A stretch of DNA of 47,097 nucleotides. Source: Chiloscyllium plagiosum. Lineage: Eukaryota. The notes under the pieces are model-generated. The model worked only from the letters and a program-made list of their open reading frames with translations. It was not told the DNA's origin and did not search any database. Below are positions 46,773 through 47,097 of this stretch, piece by piece (positions within the stretch are counted from its first letter, which is position 1; each line of letters starts with the position of its first letter). Location of the stretch: positions 101,023,637-101,070,733 of the forward strand of contig NC_057718.1 in the NCBI RefSeq assembly GCF_004010195.1, in the 5' to 3' direction. The translations under genes were made by a program, and so were the position numbers.

Positions 46773-47097
46773 AGCTAGAGAAGGTGCAAAACTTGACCTC
46801 CTCTTCGGAAATAAGGCAGGGCAGGTGACTGAGGTGTCAGTGGGGGAGCACTTTGGGGCCCACAACCATAATTCTATTCGTTTTAAAATAGTGATGGAAA
46901 AGGATAGACCAGATCCAAAAGTTGAAGTTCTAAATTGGAGAAAGGCCAATTTTGACGGTATTAGGCAAGAACTTTCGAAAGCTGATTGGAGGCAGATGTT
47001 CGCAGATAAAGGGAAGGCTGGAAAATGGGAAGCTTTCAGAAATGAGATAACAAGAATCCAGAGAAAGTATATTCCTATCAGGGTGAAAGGGAAGGCT
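46773..47097 (+). mobile_element. CR1 LINE ORF2 (end of APE endonuclease and linker), open to the window edge
   Basis: Stop-free ARE GAKLDLLFGNKAGQVTEVSVGEHFGAHNHNSIRFKIV...VLNWRKANFDGIRQEL..W. Confidence 0.9.

Overview
This is eukaryotic, repeat-dense, apparently non-coding DNA (a long intron or intergenic region). The repeat content points to a shark or ray, inferred from HE1/V-SINEs and CR1/HER1-type LINE tails. I can support no host protein-coding exon. The ORF track mostly reflects decayed CR1 LINE ORF2, SINEs and tandem repeats. The window holds about 20 CR1 fragments, HE1/V-SINEs, DeuSINE-like and other tRNA-derived SINEs, a Tigger/pogo transposon with TIRs and TA target-site duplication (TSD), a Gypsy-like solo LTR, a 1.1-kb element with ~155-bp inverted termini, and SINE- or LINE-derived minisatellites. 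The most striking signal is at least 17 short insertions from about four sequence families of Penelope-like (PLE) terminal repeats. Each family carries a minimal hammerhead-ribozyme motif (CUGANGA-stem II-GAAA-NN-UH) with compensatory changes in helices I and II and a palindromic helix III. Many copies are fold-back palindromes whose axis falls at the hammerhead, with a 30-40 nt unpaired tail and 11-16 bp TSDs. One copy is contiguous with a GIY-YIG endonuclease remnant. Hammerheads in PLEs are known in general; whether these shark families and their insertion architecture are described cannot be determined from the sequence alone. All coordinates were read by eye, and repeat boundaries are approximate.
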